A DNA stretch of 63,927 nt, the filler included, from Thermoplasmatota archaeon (GTDB lineage Archaea; Thermoplasmatota; E2; JACPAO01; JAHFTW01), in assembly GCA_041623215.1 (NCBI GenBank). It is 6 parts of 6 records of this genome, joined end to end, with 100 filler letters (N's around TTAATTAATTAA, not from the genome) between each part and the next. Parts side by side here need not be neighbours in the genome. Positions count along the whole stretch, not along the records: positions 11,022 to 21,792 come from JBFJXH010000058.1; positions 21,893 to 32,479 come from JBFJXH010000059.1; 4 more parts are not named here. One strand, written 5' to 3'. Positions 18,253-27,224 of the stretch are shown here, piece after piece (the stretch's first letter is position 1; each line of letters begins with the position of its first letter). The notes beneath the pieces are model-generated. The model was not told where the DNA came from. It worked only from the letters and a program-made list of their open reading frames with translations, and did no database searches. A program made the translations under genes and the position numbers.

Positions 18253-19709
18253 CAAGTGACCTCCCTCTGCAGCCACCACGGCAGCCCCACATTGCCTCGC
18301 TTGGTCTTGGCATCCACGAGGCCAGTCCGGCGACCCAATTCGCTCGTGAACTGGCCCTCCGGGTCCAAGCGGTCGCGGATCTTCCGCCAACGGTCCAGCT
18401 GCGGGTACATCGCGGCGACCGTGTCCACATCCATGCACGCATCCTTGGCCAGATAATTTCGCCCCCCATGCGCCAATACTATGGCATCAAGATCTTTGCA
18501 AAATGCGTGAACGCCCGGTTTGGCTGGCATGTCGAGAGCGAGCGTTGCGCCTGGCATGGGGAAGCTGAGCGGCGCCTGCGGCTCGCCGTTACCAAAGCGC
18601 TTGAGGACCGCTAACGGGCTACTTCGTCCGGCCCGGGCCACCTTGGCCAAGATCGCCCGCAAACCTTCCCGCTCTGCATCTGGTGGCAGGACACATTGGT
18701 ATTGGATGAAGCCACGACGCCCATACAAACGGTTCCACTTACCAATGGCATCCAACGGATAGAAATAGGGCAGCATAGGCACCACATGCTTGCCTTCCTT
18801 GGCACGCCCGTAGTAGGCAGCATTGAAGCCTCGGACGGTCCAACGATTCAGGCCCCACCCCGGTGCGTTAAGCGGTATGCCCGGCCGCCGCGGGGGGCGG
18901 AGGGCCAGCGGCTCGTCGGTGGCGGGCACATCATCGGGCGCAGCGTGGTCCGCTTGCATGAGAACCGACCGACCTAGCTGGTCGCCCTTCGCGGCGCAAT
19001 CAATCCAAGCCATGGAGCATTGGAAATCTTGGTCGGTCGCGTGAAAAGCGTCGAGAGCCGCATCGAGATTGGGCGCCTTTGTTGTGGTGGAAGACATCCA
19101 CGCAGACCCAATTGGTTGCAATGCCAGCGTCACATCTAGGATGACACCGGTAAGGCCCATGCCCCCAAGAGTCGCAAAGTAAGCCTCCTTGTTACGGTGG
19201 CGCGTGCAGCGTAGGAGGCGCCCACGGCCATCAAGCAGAGTAAAGGCCAGAACATGCCGACCAAAGGAACCAGCCTCGTGGTGATTCTTGCCGTGCACAT
19301 CCGCGGCGACCGCCCCGCCAAGCGTCACAAACCAGGTGCCAGGGGTTACGGGCAAGAACCAACCGCGCGGCCCGAACGTGGTCACGATTGCCTGCAGGCT
19401 AAGGCCCGCCTCAGCCCGAAGGACTCCTGTTTCCTCGTTCCAGTCAAGGACACCGTCAAGCGCCGTCAAATCCACCACGCCCCCGTTGCCGACGCTGTTG
19501 AGTGCGGCGTCCCCATACGACCGGCCGAGCCCACGGGGAATCATGGGCGCCGCGTGCCGGGTCGCATACGGGACGTCGTCGCGACTCGGTGGCCGCATGA
19601 CGTCGCAGTCCAAGCGGGGATGATTACCCCAGCCCGATAGTCGCTCGCGTGACGCCATGCCAGGTGGCGCCTCCTCATCGAGCGTTGTACGTCCTGCGGA
19701 CCGGCTCAT
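18252..19709 (-). CDS. DprE1-like FAD-binding oxidoreductase (prenyl-phosphoribose 2'-oxidase family)
   Basis: RGLGRSYGD, VTPGTWFVTLGGAVAADVHGKNHH, FIQYQ, LKRFG, LSFP, YLAKD. ATGA overlap with the ubiA-like stop; alternative start at 19658. Confidence 0.88.
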   Translation of the reverse strand: MSRSAGRTTLDEEAPPGMASRERLSGWGNHPRLDCDVMRPPSRDDVPYATRHAAPMIPRGLGRSYGDAALNSVGNGGVVDLTALDGVLDWNEETGVLRAEAGLSLQAIVTTFGPRGWFLPVTPGTWFVTLGGAVAADVHGKNHHEAGSFGRHVLAFTLLDGRGRLLRCTRHRNKEAYFATLGGMGLTGVILDVTLALQPIGSAWMSSTTTKAPNLDAALDAFHATDQDFQCSMAWIDCAAKGDQLGRSVLMQADHAAPDDVPATDEPLALRPPRRPGIPLNAPGWGLNRWTVRGFNAAYYGRAKEGKHVVPMLPYFYPLDAIGKWNRLYGRRGFIQYQCVLPPDAEREGLRAILAKVARAGRSSPLAVLKRFGNGEPQAPLSFPMPGATLALDMPAKPGVHAFCKDLDAIVLAHGGRNYLAKDACMDVDTVAAMYPQLDRWRKIRDRLDPEGQFTSELGRRTGLVDAKTKRGNVGLPWWLQREVT

Positions 19710-20569
19710 GCCACGCTTCCTGCCTGGAGAACGAGCCACATGCTCAGTAGGCCATACGCCAGCACCGTGGCCAACAGTGGCCAGTCGCGCACCAGCGCTT
19801 CCGTGGGTGATTCCCCAGCCGCCGTGTGCTCAACAATGAACCAGTAGCGAAACACGCCGAGTAGAACAAGCGGCAGCGTCGGCGTAAGCTCGGGGCGCAC
19901 GGTCGCAACAAAGAAGCCATAGAACACCACCGTGCTGGTGGCTGCTACTACGGCGTAGCGGTCGAGAAGAGGCAAGGTGTAGGACCCGAGGACGGAGCGT
20001 GCCTCTGGGCCCTGATGCTCCAACTCGGCTCGTCGTTTCATGACCACCAAGAAGAGACTCAGGGAAAGCGTCGCCACGAGCATCCAGTTGCTGACGGCGA
20101 CGGCGATGGCCGCAGCTCCGCCGTAAACCCGGAGCACAAAACCCGCGCTCACAGCAAACAAGTCCAGGACGGGCACTTGCTTCAATCCGATGCTGTAAGC
20201 AACGTTGAGGACAATGTAGCCCGCTGCGAAGGCAGCCACCTTGGGCATGAACCATGCACCGATGGCGCCGGCCGCAATGAGGGCCACGAGCACGGCCAAG
20301 GCGACCTGCGGACTAACGGCACCACTTGCCAGCGGGCGGTGGCGCTTGTCTGGATGCCGCGCGTCTGCCTCGCGGTCACGAAGATCATTGACCACGTACA
20401 CCGCACTTGCCGCCACCGTGAACAGAGCCACCGCGGCCAGCGCCGACAGCGTCGAAGGCACATCGCTAAAGCGGCCGCTGAAGATCAACGGGGCCAATAC
20501 GAAGGCGTTCTTGATCCACTGCTGGGGCCGCAGCAGGCGGATGACGGCGGGCATGCCTCCGTCGCTCAC
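19706..20569 (-). CDS. UbiA-family decaprenyl/polyprenyl-phosphate phosphoribosyltransferase (Rv3806c-like)
   Basis: LLRPQQWIKN, YVVNDLRDREADARHPDKRHRPLASG, GFVLRV, KRRAEL, GESPTE. GGAGGT SD and TTTTCAAG box at 20591-20598. Confidence 0.9.
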   Translation of the reverse strand: MSDGGMPAVIRLLRPQQWIKNAFVLAPLIFSGRFSDVPSTLSALAAVALFTVAASAVYVVNDLRDREADARHPDKRHRPLASGAVSPQVALAVLVALIAAGAIGAWFMPKVAAFAAGYIVLNVAYSIGLKQVPVLDLFAVSAGFVLRVYGGAAAIAVAVSNWMLVATLSLSLFLVVMKRRAELEHQGPEARSVLGSYTLPLLDRYAVVAATSTVVFYGFFVATVRPELTPTLPLVLLGVFRYWFIVEHTAAGESPTEALVRDWPLLATVLAYGLLSMWLVLQAGSVA

Positions 20570-20692
20570 GAACCTCCACTTGGAGCCCTGCTTGAAAACA
20601 CGGCGGTCCGTTCACAGACCCCTTTGGGCAACGCGCGTGGGCCGTCAGCACGCCAAGCGTAGCGTGCGCCGTAGTCATCATCAGCCCCGGCG

Positions 20693-21792
20693 CTACGGAG
20701 TCCAGCCAAGGGGGCGAAGCTCGTAGGCATGCATCAGACCGTACGGCCGCGTGGCATTGACACGCCAGCCCTCAGCTTCCAGGAGGTCAATGACCGCGTC
20801 GCCGTCAATGACGTGGTCAATCACCAACCAAGCCTGCGTTTCGTTGGCTAGCCAGTTGCGCACATAGGGCCCCGACTCATCCATGTCCCTGGTGCGATGC
20901 AACCCGATGACACTGCGCAGGTTCAGATCATCTCTCGTTTGATAGTATTCGAAGACGCAGAACCAATCATCGTCGCGACGGTCATCACAAAGCCCCTCGT
21001 GGAACAATACGTAGGCCCCGGGGTACGCGTGCGTTTCAATGTCGGCCGTCATGCCACGCCAATCCCAGCGAGCAGGATGCCTTGTTTCGCCTACGCCATC
21101 CAGACTTCCGACCAACAAAAGGACAAGAAACACCGGCGCGACCAGACGCGCGGGGACGCGCATGGCACCGCGAACCACCAGCAGAATAAGCGCGGGGAGC
21201 GCCAGGACCGCGTAGCGAGGGGTGAAGATCGGTGGCCCCACCAATGAAAAAAGAAGGGGCAGTAACACGCCTGCCGTCCACCAAATAACCGGTAAGGCAG
21301 CCCCCTTGCGCCAGCGCCAAAGACCCCAAGTAACCAGGATGGCCCACAGGGGCGCAATGAGGTAACTACCGGCTTGCCACCGCACGGTTGCCATCAGGTC
21401 GTCGATGCTTGGCGGGGGAATCCAGAACCCCTGGGACACCCGATTGGCGCGGTCCAAGAAGACGAGGCCATACCAAGGCAAGGCAGCAATGGCTAGGGCC
21501 ACATGCGCCCACCACCAATGTCGCGGGAGGCCGGGAAGCCAAGCAAGGACGGGGGAACGCCACCCCGATGTGGCCGGCGCCGGCTCACCTTCCTTGGGAA
21601 TTTCGGGAGGTGCGCGATTGCTTGCAGGTCCAGTTTCGACGTGCTCAGCCGGCGAGAATTGGCTCGCCAAGGTGGCTGTCGGCGGCGGGTCAAGGCCGTC
21701 ATGCCAGGCCCACCAGGCGGCAGTCAACACGTGCGCCAGGGCGATGAAGAGGCCAAACACGTGCGTATGAATGAGCAGGAACAGTAGCGCCA
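20693..21792 (-). CDS. GT-C fold membrane glycosyltransferase (GT39/PMT/ArnT-like), 5'-truncated
   Basis: Frame open to the contig end. IHTHVFG motif, multiple TMs, FWIPPP, PIFTPRY, DWRG and an extracellular C-terminal domain. Confidence 0.7.
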
Positions 21793-21892
21793 NNNNNNNN
21801 NNNNNNNNNNNNNNNNNNNNNNNNNNNNNNNNNNNNTTAATTAATTAANNNNNNNNNNNNNNNNNNNNNNNNNNNNNNNNNNNNNNNNNNNN
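21793..21892. other. Artificial contig linker
   Basis: N44-TTAATTAATTAA-N44. Confidence 0.99.
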
Positions 21893-22528
21893 AGTTTTCC
21901 ATCCTGCTTCCAGGCGCAGGTCAAACGCGTCCGTTGCCTCTACAGGTTCAGGCAATGGACGGCCGCCGTCGCTTTCCTCAATGGCGTCGTTGGTGAATCG
22001 GATGGTGGCGTCGCAGGGCCCACTGATGATGACATGCTCGGCAGCGCAGTCAAGGTAGCCCTCGAAGCTCAAGCTCTGGGTCGAAGGCTCAAGGCTTGCA
22101 AGGTCTGGGCTTAGCACCAGGATGGCCGTGGCGGTTTCCCGGTCGCCGGGTAGAACGGTGACGGTGGCATTTTGGAAGGTGGCGGCTTGGGCTGTAACGA
22201 GGGTGGTGCCACGCGGGAGGTCCCGAATGATGAAGCTCCCATCGCGATTGGAAACCGCCTGCGCCGTGGCGGGTGCAGTGGTAATGGTGGCTTCGCCAAT
22301 GGGTCGTCCGGTGTCGTCCGTAACGACGCCCGTCAACGTGTAGGTCGTTGCCGAGCCACTTGCCGATGACTGTGCCCGTCCACCGGGGGCCTCCTGGGGT
22401 GGGGCCTCCGTGTTGCCGGGCCCTGGGGCGTTGACCGGCTGGCTGGGGGCGTCGTCTCCCAGACATCCCGCCAACGCGATGGTAACAAGCGCCAACGCGG
22501 CGGCCAGGGTGATGGGCAGTCGCTTCAT
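21893..22528 (-). CDS. Lipoprotein with carboxypeptidase-regulatory-like beta-sandwich, 3'-truncated
   Basis: MKRLPITL...LAGC lipobox; LTGVVTDDTGRPIGEATI...SNRDGSFIIRDLPRG. Confidence 0.8.
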
Positions 22529-22693
22529 GTGCCGTCCCACCGAGCCGGTTTGTAAATGGCTTGGTCGCGTCAGGGCGGACACGTCAACCATGGGCGTACG
22601 CTCGGGCAGCAAAATGCTGGACTTGTCAATAGATTGGGCGTCCAAATCCACTATATGTGACCTTGGCTGGCCCTGCCTGTGACCTCTCCGCTC

Positions 22694-23383
22694 ATGGAGT
22701 ACGTGTTCAAGATTCGAAGCGCCGACAATCTGCTTTGTGCCTTCACTACGGAACACCCCACGGTGCGAATTGTTCTCAACCTGCTGCGCTCGGGAGCCGA
22801 AGCACCGGTGGAAAAGGCGATTGTGACCATTCTCGCCGACCCCACGACACGCAAGCGGTTCCTGACCGGCCGCTTTGCCAAGCGCTACGGAACCTATGAC
22901 GTTCTTTCTGAGAATGACGAGTATGCCAGCGTCGAAATCAGCACAGCAGTGCTCAGCTATTACCAGCAGCATGACCCGATTCAACTCACCATCGGCATGC
23001 TCGGTCCTGAAACCGTGTTCCAGCCGGTCATCGTCCAAGGTGGTTACATCCACATCAGTGTCATGAGCCCCAATCCTGATGGTGTAGCCGTGTTCAATCG
23101 CTTCACGGGGCATATGCGGCAAGTGGTGCCCGCTGACGATTTCAAGCTCCTGCACGTTGGACCTTACACGCCCGATTTTGGTGCCAAGGGTAAAGGGGTT
23201 CGCCTGACGCCGCGGCAGGAGGAGGTGCTTCGAATGGCCATTGCCATGGGCTACTATTCTGACCCGCGCGGTTGCAACCTGGATGACCTGGCGCGGGCGT
23301 TTGGGATCAGCAAGGCCGCCGTGCACAAGCGCCTGCAAACCGCAGAAAACCAACTCATCACGGCCCATGTTGAGGCGCCATGA
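22694..23383 (+). CDS. HTH_10 (bacterio-opsin-activator-type) transcriptional regulator
   Basis: C-terminal LTPRQEEVLRMAIAMGYYSDPRGCNLDDLARAFGISKAAVHKRLQTAE. Confidence 0.9.
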   Translation: MEYVFKIRSADNLLCAFTTEHPTVRIVLNLLRSGAEAPVEKAIVTILADPTTRKRFLTGRFAKRYGTYDVLSENDEYASVEISTAVLSYYQQHDPIQLTIGMLGPETVFQPVIVQGGYIHISVMSPNPDGVAVFNRFTGHMRQVVPADDFKLLHVGPYTPDFGAKGKGVRLTPRQEEVLRMAIAMGYYSDPRGCNLDDLARAFGISKAAVHKRLQTAENQLITAHVEAP

Positions 23384-23985
23384 CTGGCCTCCGACTCGAC
23401 GACATCCACAAGGCCCTGGGCGGGCGAAGGGTCCTCAGGGGCGCAACGCTTCGCGTTGAGCCAGCGCAAGTGCTGGCGATTCTCGGAGACAACGGCGTTG
23501 GCAAGACCACTTTGCTTCGCATTGCTGCAGGCCTGCTACGGGCGGACCAGGGCACCCGCGATGCGCCGAATCGCGTTGGCTTTGCTGGCCACGAACCGGC
23601 CTTGTACGGGCACCTGACAGCGGCCGAACAGCTGGTGTGGTGGGCAAGCGTGCACCAGATGCCGGTGCCCGCCGACGGCGCCGAGAAAGCCCTTGCAACA
23701 GCCGGCTTGGCGACGGTGGCGGACACCCGCTGCAGCAAGCTGAGCCGTGGCCAGCGCCAACGCCTTGCTCTGGCCCAGGCGATGCTGCCGGAGCCCGACC
23801 TCCTGGTCTTGGATGAGCCGTGGACTGGCCTTGATCAAGCTGGGCGAGGGTGGCTGGAAGATCGACTTGGAGCATCCGCTGCGCCGGTATTGCTTACCAG
23901 CCACGATGCCGCTACTGCCAACCGGGTCGCCACGACCGTTCTCAGGCTAACCCCTGATGGTCGGCTTGCCGAGGTGGTGACATGA
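23380..23985 (+). CDS. ccmA: Heme exporter ATP-binding subunit CcmA
   Basis: Walker A GDNGVGKTT, LSRGQRQR, LDEPWTGLD; heads a ccmB-C-D-E run. Confidence 0.85.
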   Translation: MTGLRLDDIHKALGGRRVLRGATLRVEPAQVLAILGDNGVGKTTLLRIAAGLLRADQGTRDAPNRVGFAGHEPALYGHLTAAEQLVWWASVHQMPVPADGAEKALATAGLATVADTRCSKLSRGQRQRLALAQAMLPEPDLLVLDEPWTGLDQAGRGWLEDRLGASAAPVLLTSHDAATANRVATTVLRLTPDGRLAEVVT

Positions 23986-24638
23986 GCCTAGCGGCCCTGC
24001 TGGCCAAGGACCTCCGTCGCGACGCACGGCGATTGGAAGGCGTCGGAACGGCCCTCATTCTCACTGGCCTCCTGTATTTCCTTGCCTTGTTCGCCTTACC
24101 GGCAACGCGGCAGTCGCCAGGCACAATGACGTTGCTACTTTGGGTTCCTGTGGTGGTGGGGGCCAGCCTCGCCGCTACCCGCGGCTTGGCCCGGGAGGCG
24201 CAGGATGGCACGTTGGACCTGCTTCGCTTGGCCCCGGTTGCACCGGTCCTACATGGCCTCAGTCGCACCTTGGCCGACGGCGTAACGACCACGCTCATGG
24301 CCGCCGCTAGCGTAACCCTCCTGGCGGGTCTCTACGGCGCATCACTGTCCGTCGCCCTACTCCTGACAATCGCGCTAGGCGTCATCGGGATTACCGTTGT
24401 AACGAGCTTGGCGGGAGGCATCGCCGGCCTCGCAGACGACCGCGGCCTACTTGCTCCCGTCCTGGCGGTGCCTGCGCTGGCGCCCCATCTAAACGCGCTG
24501 ATGGACGCTACGACGGTGGCTCTAGCCGAGGGCCAGATGCACACAGATGCGCTCGTGGTGCTGGTAGGTTTGAATCTCGTTGCTGCCGCATTGGCGTGGT
24601 TTTTGTGGCCAAGCCTGATAGGGGGCGACGCGTCGTGA
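23982..24638 (+). CDS. ccmB: Heme exporter permease CcmB
   Basis: KDLRRDAR, REAQDGTLDLLRLAP, LLAPVLAVP; about 6 TM. Confidence 0.85.
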   Translation: MSLAALLAKDLRRDARRLEGVGTALILTGLLYFLALFALPATRQSPGTMTLLLWVPVVVGASLAATRGLAREAQDGTLDLLRLAPVAPVLHGLSRTLADGVTTTLMAAASVTLLAGLYGASLSVALLLTIALGVIGITVVTSLAGGIAGLADDRGLLAPVLAVPALAPHLNALMDATTVALAEGQMHTDALVVLVGLNLVAAALAWFLWPSLIGGDAS

Positions 24639-25396
24639 GCGCTGTGACCCAACTGGCTCCTGAGCGCCCCTGGGAAGCCCCACTACGGCGCTGGAGCCTC
24701 TGGGGAGCCCTGGCGGCGTGGCCAGTCCTCATCTATCTTACGTGGTTCGTGGCTCCTGACTGGAGCTACGCCGCCGACGTGACGGCGCCACTCACGCGAA
24801 AGATGCTGTTCTTCCACCCCGCCAGTGCCTGGACAACGGGCATTGCCTATGCGGTCGTGTTCGCCTATTCGGTGGCCGTGCTCAACGAGCGCAACCTTGC
24901 CTACGATGCGCCGGCAGCTGCTGCTGCCGAAGTGGGATGGGTCTTCAACACCATTGCGCTGGCGACCGGCACCATCTGGGGCAGCGTCGAATGGAGTCGC
25001 ACGGGCCAGCATCCACTGGCAACCGTGTACACGGAGCCCAAGGTCCTCGTGGTTCTTGTCATGTGGTTTACCATGAGTGCCTATCTCTTGCTACGGCGCA
25101 GCCTGGATGACCCCCACAAGCGCGCACGCCTCGCCGCCATCTTCGGTATTCTGGGCTTCGCCGGTGCCCCGCTGAGCTTCATCACCAGCCGGGTGCTGAC
25201 CCGTAGCCTGCATCCGGACATTGCTGGGCCCGGCGCGAACCCGGACGCCGCCGTCGATGGCACGGTTGGCGCGATTCTCGGCTTCAGCCTCCTCGCCTTT
25301 GTGCTCCTCTTCACCCACCTGTGGTTGCAACGCCTCCGGCTGCAACGCCTCGAAACCGCCCTTGCCGTCGGCTGCGCGAGCCAGGACTCTCCATGA
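24635..25396 (+). CDS. ccmC: Heme chaperone CcmC (divergent WWD loop)
   Basis: FFHPASAW and SLHP histidines, ALATGTIWG, EPK, YLLLR, RARLAAIFGI; GTGA overlap with ccmB. Confidence 0.85.
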   Translation: MSAVTQLAPERPWEAPLRRWSLWGALAAWPVLIYLTWFVAPDWSYAADVTAPLTRKMLFFHPASAWTTGIAYAVVFAYSVAVLNERNLAYDAPAAAAAEVGWVFNTIALATGTIWGSVEWSRTGQHPLATVYTEPKVLVVLVMWFTMSAYLLLRRSLDDPHKRARLAAIFGILGFAGAPLSFITSRVLTRSLHPDIAGPGANPDAAVDGTVGAILGFSLLAFVLLFTHLWLQRLRLQRLETALAVGCASQDSP

Positions 25397-25548
25397 ACGA
25401 ACCAACCTTCTTTGCTGCCTTTGCTGCTCTCTTTGGTATCTTGGCGCTCTACCTGCTGCGCATCGACCGCCGCGCCGCCCGCCTAGAGCAACAGCTTAGC
25501 AACGCGGCCGCAACCGTCAAAAATCCGGACGAGACCGAATCCTCGTGA
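25393..25548 (+). CDS. ccmD: CcmD-like small single-TM protein
   Basis: 51 aa, N-terminal TM then RRAARLEQQL; lies between ccmC and ccmE with overlapping start/stop codons. Confidence 0.65.
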   Translation: MNEPTFFAAFAALFGILALYLLRIDRRAARLEQQLSNAAATVKNPDETESS

Positions 25549-26171
25549 AGCGCGCCACCCAAGCCATCATCGGCACCACCATGCTGCTGCTGGGCGCGGC
25601 CTTCGTTCTATGGGGCCTGCTAGACGAGGAATCCAATGTCAGGCAGGTCGAAGCGGTCCTTGCGGACCCGCAGGCGCACACGAATGGGGCCTACACTGTC
25701 ATGGGAATCCCCCAAGTCAATGGAACCGCCGAGCGCCATCACCGGTGGACGACCCAAGACGGAGTGGATGTCGTTACCACCCTCACGTTGCATGCCGTGC
25801 GACAGGCAACGGGGCCGGGGCCCGAAACGTCGGCCGAACACACGACGTGGACGCTGCGCAATCGAACCTTAGCCACGGGGACGGGCACTGTCCTGGCCGA
25901 TGCCAATACCACCTGGACGTTGGCCGGGCCGCACCAGGTTTTCTTGGTGGAAAATTTCCACACGGACAGCAACCCGCGCCAAGCCTTGTGGGCCATTTAC
26001 GCTGGAACCCTGCGGGAGCCGCTGCAACCCAAACCGAGCCAATTCACCGGCCAAGTTTCCATGCAGCACGGCGTGCCGCTTCTAATGGTCGAGGAGGTCA
26101 CCGTTGGCTGCAGTAGCAAGTTCCTCCCGGAAGAATACCAGGAAGGCCAAGCTGAGTCATCGGCGGCCTAG
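25545..26171 (+). CDS. ccmE: CcmE-like heme chaperone, Cys variant
   Basis: N-terminal TM; C-terminal EEVTVGCSSKF at the position of the CxxxY motif; operon position. Confidence 0.65.
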   Translation: MKRATQAIIGTTMLLLGAAFVLWGLLDEESNVRQVEAVLADPQAHTNGAYTVMGIPQVNGTAERHHRWTTQDGVDVVTTLTLHAVRQATGPGPETSAEHTTWTLRNRTLATGTGTVLADANTTWTLAGPHQVFLVENFHTDSNPRQALWAIYAGTLREPLQPKPSQFTGQVSMQHGVPLLMVEEVTVGCSSKFLPEEYQEGQAESSAA

Positions 26172-26247
26172 GCTGCATGCTGGCCGCCTGCTGGTTGCCG
26201 TGGGCCGCCCCGCGCCGCTTATCAAACCCCCCTAGGTCGCGCGCCCC

Positions 26248-27153
26248 ATGCGTTTCCTGCCTGTTCTCTTGACGCTGACCTTGCTGGTCGCCGCCTCTGC
26301 TGCCGTCGCCCAAGGCGAAGGCCACGATGCCACTGCCTACACCTACCGAGGTGCCATTGGCGACATTCCCGGAACGTCGGCCCGCGAAGCGGCCAACGCG
26401 TGGAACGTCCAAGAGACCCTGGTGTTCGACGCGGCAACCACCGCCGCTCGGGCGGTTACCTTGCCAAGCGGACACACCTTTGGGGACCTGACTTGCACCT
26501 GCAACGGCTCCCACGAGCCGCAGCCCAACGGGCGCTATCTCTTCACACTGGATGCCAACCAGACGGGTGAGCACACCCTGACGTTCACGCATGTTCGCCC
26601 CATCACCTCCCCGGTGCTGTTGGTTGACATCGCCGTACCTGCCGGCGAGAAGGACGATGCGACGATTGTGCTGTTTGTAGGTCCTGGCGAAAGCATCGAG
26701 GCGAGCAGCGGTGGACAACAGCTGCCGGCGGCGGGCCGCGACGGGATGCTGTATGTGTACACGGGTAGCCCGGAGTCAGAACTGTCCGGCCTAACGGCTG
26801 CGGTGGCCCCGAAGCCGGTCCTGCCTACACCCGATGCGGGCGTTTCGCCGCTCCTGATGCTGCTTGTCGGTTTGGTGGCCGGTGCCATCGCTTGGGCGGT
26901 GCTGGTCAAGATGGGCGTAGTCCAGAAGCGCAGTCGCAAGCAAGTGGCGGCCAAGGCGGTCCACGAAGAGGTTGCCAAAGTGGAAGCCAAGAGCACGTTG
27001 GAGGCTCGCAAGCGCGTCCTCATGGCTGGCCTGAAGGAGTTGGAGTTGGCCAAGGCTGGTAAGGGCATCGAGGACGCCGATTATGACGCGCTGAAGGCGG
27101 AGTACAAACGCAAGACCGTGACGGTCATGCGGGCGCTTGAATCGGCGGAGTAA
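26248..27153 (+). CDS. Signal-peptide, single-TM protein with cytoplasmic coiled tail
   Basis: Signal peptide, beta-rich exterior, TM, tail LKELELAKAGKGIEDADYDALKAEY. TTATCAAA box at 26219-26226. Confidence 0.7.
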   Translation: MRFLPVLLTLTLLVAASAAVAQGEGHDATAYTYRGAIGDIPGTSAREAANAWNVQETLVFDAATTAARAVTLPSGHTFGDLTCTCNGSHEPQPNGRYLFTLDANQTGEHTLTFTHVRPITSPVLLVDIAVPAGEKDDATIVLFVGPGESIEASSGGQQLPAAGRDGMLYVYTGSPESELSGLTAAVAPKPVLPTPDAGVSPLLMLLVGLVAGAIAWAVLVKMGVVQKRSRKQVAAKAVHEEVAKVEAKSTLEARKRVLMAGLKELELAKAGKGIEDADYDALKAEYKRKTVTVMRALESAE

Positions 27154-27224
27154 CTCGTCCCAGGCGTGTTGCTGTAGCAGAGACTGGCGCGGCGCGCCGG
27201 CGATAGGAGCCTTGAAAGGCGGCG

